From the NCBI GenBank assembly GCA_963693105.1, contig OY843752.1:234623-298622 (forward strand): a stretch of 64,000 bases of DNA. Reading direction: 5' to 3'. This DNA comes from an uncultured candidatus Porisulfidus sp. GTDB taxonomy: Bacteria > Pseudomonadota > Gammaproteobacteria > Poriferisulfidales > Oxydemutatoraceae. Numbering within the stretch: the first letter of the stretch is position 1; each line of letters begins with the position of its first letter. A program made the position numbers and the translations under genes. Below are positions 19,701 through 31,700 of the stretch, piece by piece. The notes beneath the pieces were generated by a model. It did not search any database. It was given only the letters and a program-made list of their open reading frames with translations, and was not told where the DNA came from.

Positions 19701-22700
19701 ACGCCAATGGTGATGGTGCCGGTCAGCGCGCCGTCAATGTCGGACGCCTCGATGCCGCCGCCCGGAACAATTTCGTAATCCACCTCCACATCCGCGGTCG
19801 GTGTGCTGCTGGAAAGAACAACGGTAAAGTCCGCATTGCCACCCTCTGCCGCGGCTGAATCCGGCCCCTGCAAAGACACCGTCAGCGCGTCGTCGTCCAC
19901 CAGCCTCAACACAACGCTGCCCGTCTCAATGCTCCAGTAACCTCCCTCGATTGCAACGTCGCTGATCGTCACGACGATGGTCTCGGTGCTTTCGTTGTCG
20001 CCGTCGTCAATCGGCGTAATACTCAACCCCGGAGAAAACGTATTCGGCCAGTCCGGCGGCAACGTCACCGTGCCGCTGCTGTTCGCATAACCCTGCGGCA
20101 CGCTGTAATCCACGCCCGCGACGGCCGTGCCGCCCAGGGTGTAGGTCACCGTCGCCGTCGCCTCAAACCTCGCCATACCCACCGCTTCCATACTCACGAC
20201 CGCGGCGGCGGCGCCTTCCGTCAACTGCGACGGAGATTGCAACGAAATCCCGAGACGCTGGCCGGGCCGGATGAGGACGGTGGCCGAAGACGGCGCGCCA
20301 ACAGCAACCGCACCCGGATTGTCTCCCAGCACGGGGTCGCTCAACGACAACACAATGCTCTCGGTCGATTCCGCATAGATGTCCGGGAGGATTCCCAGCT
20401 CAATCGTCCGCATCGTCTCGCCGACGCCGAAAACCACCGTGCCGGTGGTCGCGGAAACGTCATAATCCGCACCCGGCGTCGCCGTCCCCGACAGCGAATA
20501 CGACACGCTCAAGGTGCTGCGTTGAGCACCGCCGGTGGCCGCGACCCCGACGATGATGTTCACCGACGTTGTCGCCTCTTCAACGGCGGCCTGGTCGGCA
20601 TCCTCCAGCATCGCCGTGAATCGGAAAAGACTCTCGCTGCTCGCGGCAATGGTGGCGCTCGCCGAAACACCGCGCAGCGAAGTAACTCCGGCGGCGCCGG
20701 ACGGCTCGCCCAGAACCAGGACGAAGGTTTCCGTCGTCTCGCCCAGACCGTCTTCGACTATCCCGATTGCCGAGGTCGCCTTCTCGCTCTCGCCCATGAC
20801 GAACGACACCGAACCCGACGGAAACACGGCTCTGCCCAGGCCAAAGTCTGCCGGCGCGACATCGTCATCCGCGGCGGATGAACTGGTGGTGATGCGCCAC
20901 GGAATCGTCAATATCGTTCCAGCCGACAAACTCCCTCCGCCGATTGTGATTGTGAACGTCGCCGTCGCGCCCTCGAGCAACGCCGACGACGGTGCGTCCA
21001 GCGTTCCCGTAATCTCATCGTCGTCCTCGATGTGGATGGTCGCCTCCGCGCCGCCCAGCGACAACGTGATGCTCTCGGTGGACTCGTTGACGACATCGTT
21101 CACCAAAGCCAGCACCAGCCGCGTGCCGCTGCTGCCGCCGGAAATCAAAACAGAACCTGTCGAGGCGCCTGCATAGTCCGCGCCGGAAACCGCCGTGCCG
21201 GTCAGCATGTAACTCAAACTCACGTCCGCGCCGGACAGCAATGGCCCGGCGTCATCGCCCAGCGTAATCAAAAAGGTCGGACTCGTGACGCCTGCTTCAT
21301 CCACCGACTCCTGCAACGCCGTGAGCGTGACTTCCGCAGCCGCGTCGGCGGCGATTGACGACAAAACCGGAGAGCCCACGACACCGACTTCGCCATACGC
21401 ACCCGTCACCGTGGCCGAACCGACCGTGAACTCAAAGAACTGCTCATCCCTCTCCAGCGTGCGGTCGGAGCCAATCACGATGTTCACCACCGTCGGCGCG
21501 GTCGTGGCGCCTACCATAAGGGTCCCCGGCGACGGGGTCACACCAAGGCCGATGTTCACCAGCCCGGTGACGAAGGTCACCATGCCCGTGAACGGGATCG
21601 CGTCAAAGTCCGCGAAATCATCCGCCTCGGCCGACACGCCGGCGGCGGCGGCGGTGACGCGCCACGGCACACTCAACGTCCTCGTCGGCAAGCGGCCCAG
21701 CTGGATTGTGAACGACGCCATCGCGCCCTCGGCCACCGCCCCGGCGGGGCCGGACAGATTCACAACCATCGCATCGTTGTCGAGGATTGCGTAACGGGCC
21801 GAAGAAGCATCATCCACGGGACGCACACCGCCCGTCAGGACAATCGTCATCACCAGCGTCTCCGAAGACTCGTTCAGCATGTCGTCGGTCAGCGAAAATA
21901 CCACGTCCGCGCGCGTCGAACCGGCGGCGATGACGCTCTGGTATCTCATCGTGTCAGGCTGACCCGCGATAGCGTCTCCGGTGTAGTCCACGCCCCGCTG
22001 CGCGTCGCCGCCGAGTGTCCAGTGTACCGTCGTGGCCTGGCTCTGAACCCCGGACAGCGCAATCGTGAACACCGCGCTCGTGCCCTCGGCGGCGGACTCC
22101 GCCGACGCCGTAACACCGGCCTCGACTCCGGCGATGTTGACAATGCCGCCCAAAGACGTCTCCGGGCCAGCGGTATCGAGCGTCGTCGCAAAAAGCACGC
22201 CGGGGTCGCGGACAAAACCGGTCAGACTCACCTCGAAACGTTCATCCCCTTCTGCAAAACCGCCCGGCTCATCGTCATCGTTCCTGTAATAAAGAGTGAT
22301 GGCCGCCGCCGTCGCGCCGATGGCAATCGTGACACTGCCGGTCAATGGCAAACTGGCGAGCGGATTGCCCTGCGCATCAACAAAGTCCCCGGCGACGACG
22401 CTGTCCGCCCCGCCCGTCCCGGCTACCCGGTATTCAACCTCCACAGCCCGGCTGTGCGCCGGGTCCAGCTGCACAACCCAGGTCTGTGAACTGCCCTCGA
22501 CGCCGACAACACCCGGCCCCGACAAACTGACCTCCGGCAAGCGGACGCTGGGTTCAACGCTTCCCGACACCGTCAAGGTGGCGGCGCCGCCGTCGAATTC
22601 CGTCGTGCCGACGCCGCCCGTGCCGTCGCTCAGCATTGAGAAAATGATGTCGTAAGACTCGCGGTCCTCCATTTTGTTGTCGGCGCAGAAATAAAAGTTA

Positions 22701-25700
22701 ATCTCCTCTTCATTGTCGCCCGGAGCAAACACGACCCGGCCATTCGGCAGACTGTTAAACGAGTCGCCGCCCGCACTGCAAAAGTCCGCCGCCTCCACGC
22801 CGGCAGGCGCGCCGGCGCTGGCCCTCCACGACACCGTCACCGGCGCCGTGTGCGGCACTCCCCGGGCAAGCCTCAGGCGGACGACCGTGGGCGTGGTTCC
22901 TTCGCTGACGGCAGCCGGGGGCGCCGCGGACAGGATGCGCGGCGGCGGGCGCACACGGATGGCGACCGTAGCGGAATCGCTTAGCAGCGTGAGGTCGTCC
23001 GTCACCGTGAGCCGGAAGTACAGCATCGGCGTCGCCAGCCGCGCCGTGAACGTCGCGGTGGCGGCATCGGCGTTGCTCAAGCCGGCACCGGTAATCACTG
23101 CGGCGTCGGCGCTCATCGAGGCCACCTGCCGCCACCGGTACGTCAATGCGCCGGCGTTGCCCGCGTTGCGGCTGGCGATGCCGCTCAAGGTAACGGTGTC
23201 GCCCGAAGTCGGCTGCGAGGGGCTGAAGGCCGCCACGGCAACGGGCGCCGTGTTGTCGCGGTGAATGATGACGACCTCGCGCGGCGTACTGCGCTCGCCG
23301 CCGCTGTCCACCGCCACGATCTGATGCCGGTAGGTCGTGGCGCCGCCGGTCTCCCGGTGGGCGGGCACGGTGAATCGAGTGATGCGTCCGGGCACCACAT
23401 CCGGCTCCAGGGCATCGCTGAAGAAACTGTCGCTGGCGCCGCGCGTACTCCACTCGAAAAAGCGGTCGTCCAGCAGCGCTCCTTCATCAAAGTCGCTGGA
23501 GGCGGCGGTCAGGACAATCTCCTCGTCCTGCCGCACCGTCAGGGTATAAGCATCGTCGGCGCCGAGGACAATCACCGTCACATCGCCGGTAACAGCCACA
23601 TCGGGCGGAATCGGCACATCGGCGTCGCGAAACCTGATGCTGACAACAGCAGTCGCCGTAGCCGGCTTGTAACCGGCTTTGCTCACGACAACCGTCAGGC
23701 GGAAATGGTAATTGCCGGTGACATGGACCTCCGGCTGGATGGCGGCGGCGGCGATGCCGTCCGTGGAAACTGTGCCGGCGGCGCCGGTCAGCACACCGAG
23801 ATACGCGGTGTCGGTCACGGCCACGGCGAGGGCGCCGGCGGCGGTGGACACCACCTGCAGCCATTGATACGTCAAGGTACTGAGCGGCGCGACCTCGCCC
23901 GCCGCGCGGGTAACGGTGGCGGTTAACGTGTAGGCCACACCCTGATTGTTGTCTTCAAAGTTGTCGGCGGCCACAATCACCGGCGGCTGCAACAGCTGGT
24001 CGCTGGCGGCAATGGCGGCGGTGGCGCTCGTCGTGCCGAGGCCGATGCCGCCCACCGTTCGCGGCTCGCCAAGAGTAACCACCAATGTCTCCGTGGCCTC
24101 GGTGGCGGGGTCGTCGGCCACCCTCAGCCCAATCAGGCCGCTGGTCTCCTCGGCGGCGATAATCAATATGCCCGATGTCTGCCCGGCAAGACCGTCCGGC
24201 AACACGAGGTCGTAGTCGGCGGTGTCACCCAGCACCGCGAAGGGCACCGTCACCGGGGTCGTCGGCACGCCATTTTCAAGCGTCACCAGGAAAGTCGCCG
24301 TGGCGCCTTCGTTGACGGTGGCCGGGTCGGCGGCGATGTGGACGGTGATGGGGTCGTTCGCGGCGATGGTCACCGTCGCGGTGGCAGTGGTCACGCCGCT
24401 GTTCTGGCCGCCGCCGCCGCGGGCGTTGCTCAACGTCAGCGTCAGCGTTTCAGTGGTTTCGTTCAGATTCTCGTCGGCAATAGCGACGCGGATCACCTGG
24501 CTTCCGGTGGCGCTGAAAGAAAGCTCGCCGCTGGCCGCCGACGGCGAAGTGTAATCCCGGCTGTCCACATCGCCGCCTATCGTCCAGGTCACCTGCGCCG
24601 GTGATGTTCCCGGCTCCGGCGCCATGCCGTCCAGATTCACGGTGAACGCCGCCTGGCCGCCCTCGACGACGGCGGCGGCGGTGGTGGCGACGGAAAACTC
24701 GCGGTCGAACTCGCGGAAAATCACCGTAACCACGGCGTCGGCGTCGGCGGTTTCGATATTGCCGCCGGCGGCGCCGATGCCGACATTGGCGCCGTCAAAG
24801 GCCACCGTCAGGGTGCCGGTGCCGGTATCGATTCCGATGTCGTTGACGCTGGTCAGGGAGATCACCGCGCTGGTGACGCCCGCCGCAAAGACGAGGGGGC
24901 TGCCGGGGTTGTCGGTGAACGGCGGCGGGTTGTCGCCGCTCTGCGTCACGCTGTACGGCACCGTCAGCCGCGCCGCGCTCCGTTTGTTCAGGTTCACCGC
25001 CAACTCCACGCTGCGGCCCTCGTTAATGGACACCGAGGTGGTGGCGAAGGAGACGGTGATGTCGTCGTTGTCCAGTATCGTGAAAGTCTGCACCGGATTG
25101 ACGACGGTTTCTTCGCCGACGGCATTGAACCCGACCGTGGCCAGGAAAACTTCGCTCGCCTCGTTCAGGTCGTCGTCAACAACGGGAATCTGAATGCCGG
25201 CATTGGTGGAGCCGGCGGGCATCGTGACCTGGCCGCTGGCGGGGCCGGTGTAATCGTCGCCGGCGGCGGCGTTGATGGTGGCGTCGTCGCTGTCCTCGTC
25301 AGTGGCGTATGTTACCGGCGTCGGCCTGGAGAGTTCGCCGCCGCTCAAGGTGACGTTGATGGCGGCGTCGGCGTCCTCGTTGACATCGCCGCCGCCGGTC
25401 ACGGTGGCGGTGATCGGGTCGTCGTCGGGTATCGTCACCGCCAGCGAGCCGAAGCGCGGGCCGATGTGGTCGGGATTATCGGGATCGCCCAGCCCGCTGA
25501 CAAAGAGGCGCCGACTGTCAAAGAGGCGGGTGCCGCCGTCGGCGTCGGGATCGTCCACGCTGACGCGGACGGTGAACCGCTCCGGCGCCTCGTTCAGGTT
25601 GTCGCCGACGACAGTGGCGGTGAAACTTCTGGTCGTGCCGCTGGGGTCATCCGGGCCGAAAGACAACTGCCCGGTTGCCGCCACGAAGTCGCGGTCGTCC

Positions 25701-28700
25701 GCCCTGTCCACCTCGTCATTATTGGTCGTCAACTGCCAGGTCACGGTGGTCGGCACGGTGAACGGCGAGCCAATCAGCGTAACCAGGTAATCGCGGCTTT
25801 CGTCGGAGTCGGTCTCGTCAATGTGGTCCGGCCCGGTCACGGTCAACTGGCGCGCCTCGACATGAATCGCGACGCCGCAGCCCGAGTCATCCGCCAGATT
25901 GACTTCGCCAGCGCCCGGGCCGGGGACCAACGTTCCTGGTAGATTGCTGTTGTCCAGATAGAATCGGCCTACCTCTCCGGAAAATATTATATTTCCGTCA
26001 GTCCGGGAATATCTGCCGGTGACGTTATTGAATCTGGTAGCCTCGGGTATGCCGTCATCGCGGACATGAAAAGTGACAACCGCGTGCGTGCTGCCGGCGG
26101 GGATGGTCACCCGGCCGCTCAGCCTGTTAGAGGCCATATTATTGAGTTGGTCGTCGGCGGTGGTGGAAGCGAAGTCCGGGTTGTCGTCAGGATTGTCGCT
26201 GATTCTACTTACCAAATCACTGTACATCTCCAGGCGCCAGACCACAGTGATATCCGCTACGCTCGGATAATACTCAATGGGCCTGTTGACGCCGGGGGCG
26301 AGGCCACTGAAATCGCCCAGGACAACATGGAAAGTCGCCGTGGTGCCCTCGACCAGTTCATAGCCCGGATTGACTTCTTCAATAGTCAACTCACCAACAC
26401 TGCAAAACCCCGGCAACCCGGTAACCACCGGACGGTTGGCGGCGGCCAGCTGCCCGGTGAACCAACTGTCCTGACCGCCGATGATATGGACAGAGATGGC
26501 ATCGCTCTGGAGAATGACGACCTCGCCGACAAGCCCTCCACCCGCTTCGCCGAACGATACTCGCAGTGTCTCGGCGCCCTCGTTGATACCGTCTTCGGTC
26601 ACCTCCAGAATCATCTGCACGGACAACTGGCCCGCGGGTATCGTAACCGTGCCCGCCGTGGCATCCGCGCCCACGCCAACCGGCTGCGTGATGTCGAAAT
26701 CATCCGCATCCACTCCGGATCCGGCCACCGAGAAAGGCACCACCACAGCCCCCGGCTCCTGCCTGAGCAACGTCACGGTAAAGGTAACCGCCTCGCCCTC
26801 GCTGACAGAAGAAGAATCTACCGCGATACGGAAGTTGGCCCGGTCGTCGTCGTGTATCGTGCCGTCTCGTTGCGCCATGCCCAACTCGGCGAAAAAGTTG
26901 CTTTGCGGGTCGCTGAGGGTTGCGGTGTACGTCTCGGAGCCTTCGATGGCATTGTCGTTCACCGTCGGCACCTCAACGACGGTCGAGGTCATGCCGTCTG
27001 CAATGGACAGGGTGCCGGAGGGAAACACGGCGCCAACAAAATCTCGCGCCTCCGCCGGATTGCCGCCGGTGCTGGTCGCGGCGATGGCCCAGTCCGCCGT
27101 GACACTGCCGTCGGACGGCGGCCCGTCGGTGATGGCGACGGTGAAACGAATGACCCCGCCCTCGGTCACCGCGCGCGGCGCGGACACAATGTCGAGAGTC
27201 TGCCTCGGCAATACATTGATGGCGATGATGTCGGAATCGCTTCTCATGGTATTTTGATCCGTCACCGTCAGGCGGAAGTACAACATTGCCGTGGACGATG
27301 ACGCGGTGAAATTCACCGCCGAGGCGCCGGAGACTGTCAGCACCACCGCATCCGCGGTAACCACTTCGGCGGCGTCGCTGTCCATCGTCACCTGCTGCCA
27401 TTGGTAGGTCAATCCGCCGTTGCCGCCCGCGTTGCTGCTGCCGCTGCCGTCCAGCGTCACCGGGTTGCCAGTCCCGGCCTTGCGGTCATCGCCTGCTGCG
27501 GCGACCGGCGCGGCGCTGTCGCGGTGAATGATGTCCACCTGGCGCGCAGCACTGCGCTCGCCACCGCCGTCCACCGCCACGACCTGATGCCGGTAGGTCG
27601 TGGCGCCGCCTCTATCCGGGTGGACGGGCACGGTGAACGCGGTGACGCGCCCGGGCGTCACGGCCGGACTCAGGACGGTGTTGAAGAAGCCGGGAGTGCC
27701 GAGCGTGCTCCATTCATAACCTGCGTCTTCGTCCAGAACGACGGGGGTGTCCCCCGGGTCCAGGTCGGTGGCGGTGGCGGTGACGACCACGCTATCGCCC
27801 CCCCGAACCGTCAACGTCAAATTGCCGGCGCCGTCGGTGGCTGACATGGAGGCGCCGTCGGCGGTCATCACGGGTGTGCCGGGCACATCGGAGTCGCGGA
27901 ACCGGACGCTGAAGACATCGCTCACCGTGGTATCAGTGTGGTCCTCCCCGCTCGCGACGACGGTCAGGCGGAAGTGGTAGTTGCCGGTGACATACACCCG
28001 CGGTCTGATGGAGGCGCTGGCAGTGACGCTGCCGGACGATGAAAACGTGCCGCTGGCGCCCGTAATCATGCCGAGATCTGCGTCGTCGCCAGCGGCAACG
28101 GCGGCGGCGCCAACGGCGGTGGACACCACCTGCTGCCATTGCCAGCTCAGGGTGCTGTAGCGCAGGATGTCGGAGGCGGCGCGGGTAATCTCGGCGGTCC
28201 AGGAATAATCGCGGCCCGTCCCGTCGGGCGCCTTCTCAAAATTGTTGTTGTCGAGGTCATCGGCGGGGTACACAACTGTCGGCGCCGGTACCGGCCGGTC
28301 GCTCGCGGCGATTGTTACGGTCGCGCTGCTGCTCTCCCCGAGGCGGATGCTTCCCGCCGTTCGCGGCGTGCCAAGAACAACCCGCAGCGTCTCATCGCCC
28401 TCGGCGATGTCGTCGTCAACAGCACGCAGATCGAATCTACCGAATCTAACTGGGCCATCGTCAATTTCAACCGTGTTCGGCGGCGCGGCGGGGTTGAATA
28501 TAAAGATGTCGCGAATCTCGAAATCGGCGGCGTCACCGATCACCATAAAGGGCACTTCCACCGGCATGGTGCTAACAGACCCGGTGATGACCACCCTGAA
28601 CCGCACCGTGTGGCCTTCTCCCACACTCCCACTCTCAGGAGGGATGAGATTGACGATGATTTCGTCACTGTCGTTGATGTCAAACACGCCGCGGTCCATG

Positions 28701-31700
28701 CCGGGCAAAACCACGCCGCCGCCCGCGCCAACGGTTGCCTCGCCCACTTCGAGGACGATGGTTTCCGTCGTCTCGTTGAGGTTGTCAGCGGCAATCAACA
28801 CCATGACCTCAGCAGCCGTTCCACCTGCGGGTATCGTTGCCATCTGCGACACCGGCCCGGTGTAGTCCTCGCCGCGAACCGCGCTGCCTGCGAGCGTGAA
28901 CGGCACCGTTACATCCGCCGCCGAACCTTGCGGCGCGCCGGTCAGGAGGATAGTGAAAGCCGCGGCCACGTTGCCTGTTTCCGGTTCCTCGACCGCACCG
29001 CCGATGACGTCGTAGGTGATGGGGTCGCTCGGTTCGACGACGACCATCGCGGCGGCGACAGCGATGGCGGTGCCGCCGATGCCGCCGCCGCCGACGGCGT
29101 TGCTGAGCCTCAAACCCAGACTGCCGGCGCCTTCATTCAGGCCGTCGTCGTGGATGCCGATGTCTATCGTTTTCGGTGTTTGCCAGTCGGCCTGCGTGAA
29201 AGTCAGGGTGCCGGTCGTCCTGCCGCCTGCAACGCGGTAGTCCGCGGCCTCCAGATTGCCGGTGACATTCCAGTCAACTGTCGTGTTGGCCGTCGGCGCG
29301 GCGCCGACCAGACGGACCTCGAAAGTCGCCGTGCTGCCTTCGCTCACCGATGCGGCACGGGCGGCCACCCTGTAAGTGCGCGCCGCGCTGAACACATTGA
29401 CCGACACTGCGGCGAAGGCGCCGAGCGCGACCCTGCCGCCGCCCGCGCCGACGACCGGCTCGCCCAGGGTTACGGTCAGCGTCTCGTCCTCCTCCAGCGT
29501 GGCGGCGTCGCCTGCAAGACGAAGAACGATTGCGCCGGTGATCGCGCCGGGCGCAATCTCCAGACTGCCGGCAGTGATGTCGGTGTAATCCTCCGCTTCC
29601 ACGTCGCCGCCGATTGTGTACGGCACCGTAATCGTCGTTGCCGAACCACCCGGCGCGCCGTCCAGCGTGACGATGAAAGTCGCCGTGCTGCCCCTGGCCG
29701 AGGTGTCGGGCGGGGCGATGCCGACGGTGATGTCGTCGTCGTCCACCAGGGGAATGGTCAACTCGACGGCGCCCGTTGCCGGAATGCCGCCGAAATCGGC
29801 GGCGTCAACGCCGCCGACTCCGTCCATCGCAACGACAATGGTGCGGGTGGCCTCGTTCACGTCGTTGTCTGCTCCTGTCGTCAGGACGACCGTGCCCGTG
29901 CTGACGGTATGCCCCGGGCGCGGCGCGATGACAACGCTGCCAGACGTCCCCCCGGGTGAAACCGTGCAGACAGCGGCGCTGACGCAGCCGGTCACGTTGT
30001 AGTCCAGCGACATGGTATTCAGCGCCGCTGGCAATTCGGCGCCCTCGACGATAAAGTCCACTACCGCCGTGGCCGCGCCGCCGGTCGCGCCTTCGGTAAA
30101 GCCGTCGTCGTCGGTGCGCGCGATGCGGCGCGTAACGCGGTCGGTGTCGTTGATCTGCACTCTTACCGAAGTGTTTTCGGCATGTCTTGAAATCTCGCCG
30201 CCGCCGCTCAAAAGCGCGCCGCCCGAAAGCTCGCCGATGGCAAAGCGGAAGGCCTCGACACCTTCCAGAAAGGCATCGTCATTGGCGCTGAAAGTCACCG
30301 TGGCGCTGTAAGACGGCGCGCTCAGGGTGACGGTGTTGGTGGCCACACCAACGCCGCTGATGGCGTAATCGGCGGCGGTGGCATGGCCGCTGACGGTGGC
30401 GGTGGCGGTGGTGATGGTGTAACCCATGCGGATATCCGACACCGGCGGGCCGCCCGTGGCGCTGACAACAATGGCCAGCGAACCGCCCTCGTCCAGGACG
30501 GGCGCGGCGACGATGACGGCCTGCACAATCATCTGTTCCTGCACGGTGATCCGGACTACATCCGTGGCGGTCTGCCGGGTGACGCTGTCCGCCGCCGTCA
30601 GGCGGACGTAGTAATGCCCCGGCGCCGCGGGCGCAGTGAAAGTGGCGGTGGCGGCGGTGGCGGCGGTCACCGTGCCTATCGTGTTGTCGGCGGTGGCGGG
30701 AACGACGGCGGCGCCGGGTTCGTCCGACGCCACCTGCTGCCACAGATAACCGAGCCGGTCGGTAAATCTCGAGCCGCGGGCGTCGTGACTGCCGCTGGCG
30801 TCCAGCACCACGGTGGCGCGCCCCGTGCTGACGGCCTGGTCGGCGCCGGCGAAGGCGACAGGCGGGGTGCTGTCGTGTACGGTTACAGTGATGTAGTCCG
30901 TGTGCGTCAGGCTCGCGCGGCCGGGCTCACGATTGAAACCACCGACAGCAGCAATCGCGCTGTCGGCGACAGTCAGGGCCAGAGTGAAGCTTTGTGTTTC
31001 TCCCGCCGGAAGATCAGGCCAGACGACGCCTACGGTGCCCGTCGAGGGGTCGTGGGGGCCGAAAGTGACTGACGGATTGCCCGGCGTGGGGGCGGGGTCG
31101 GTTTGGCGCCATTGATACGTCAAGCCCGGGTCGTTGTCCGGGTCGCTGCCGCTGCCGTAGAGAATGGTCATGGTGCTCTCCTGAAACGGGCCGAAGTTCG
31201 AACCAGGGTTGGCCGTCGGCGCTTGCGTGTCGGTCACATAGATTATGAATTGGGGAACCTCTCTCCGGACATCGGTGTAGTGACGTCTCTGCGCCGTCAC
31301 AATGGGTCTGAAAGTCAGCTGTTCTTGAACCGCGACCATCGGCGCCGTAAAGACTGCCCTGGACTCGACCCGGTTTTTTCTGGTCGTAGTAGTGGAGATG
31401 TCGAGAGTAACCGGTGTATCGCCCGGGGAGAGAACCTGCTCCCAGGTGTAGGTCAGGGTGATCGGGGCCTCGCTTTCGGGGTAAGCGGCGGTGCTGATGA
31501 GTGTAACTGTAGCGTTCTCTTGCTCGGCCCTCGCCGGCTGCCGGGTGGTGACCGTCGGCTGACCGGGCAGCATCTGGTCGCTTGGGTTAATGGTGACGGT
31601 GTGAGTGTCCCTTGCGTAAGAGTGGCCCATGCTGACATAAGCCAGGCGAATGCCGAGTTCCTCCTCGGCGGTCTCTGTCGTGTCGTCGTCCCTGATGCGC

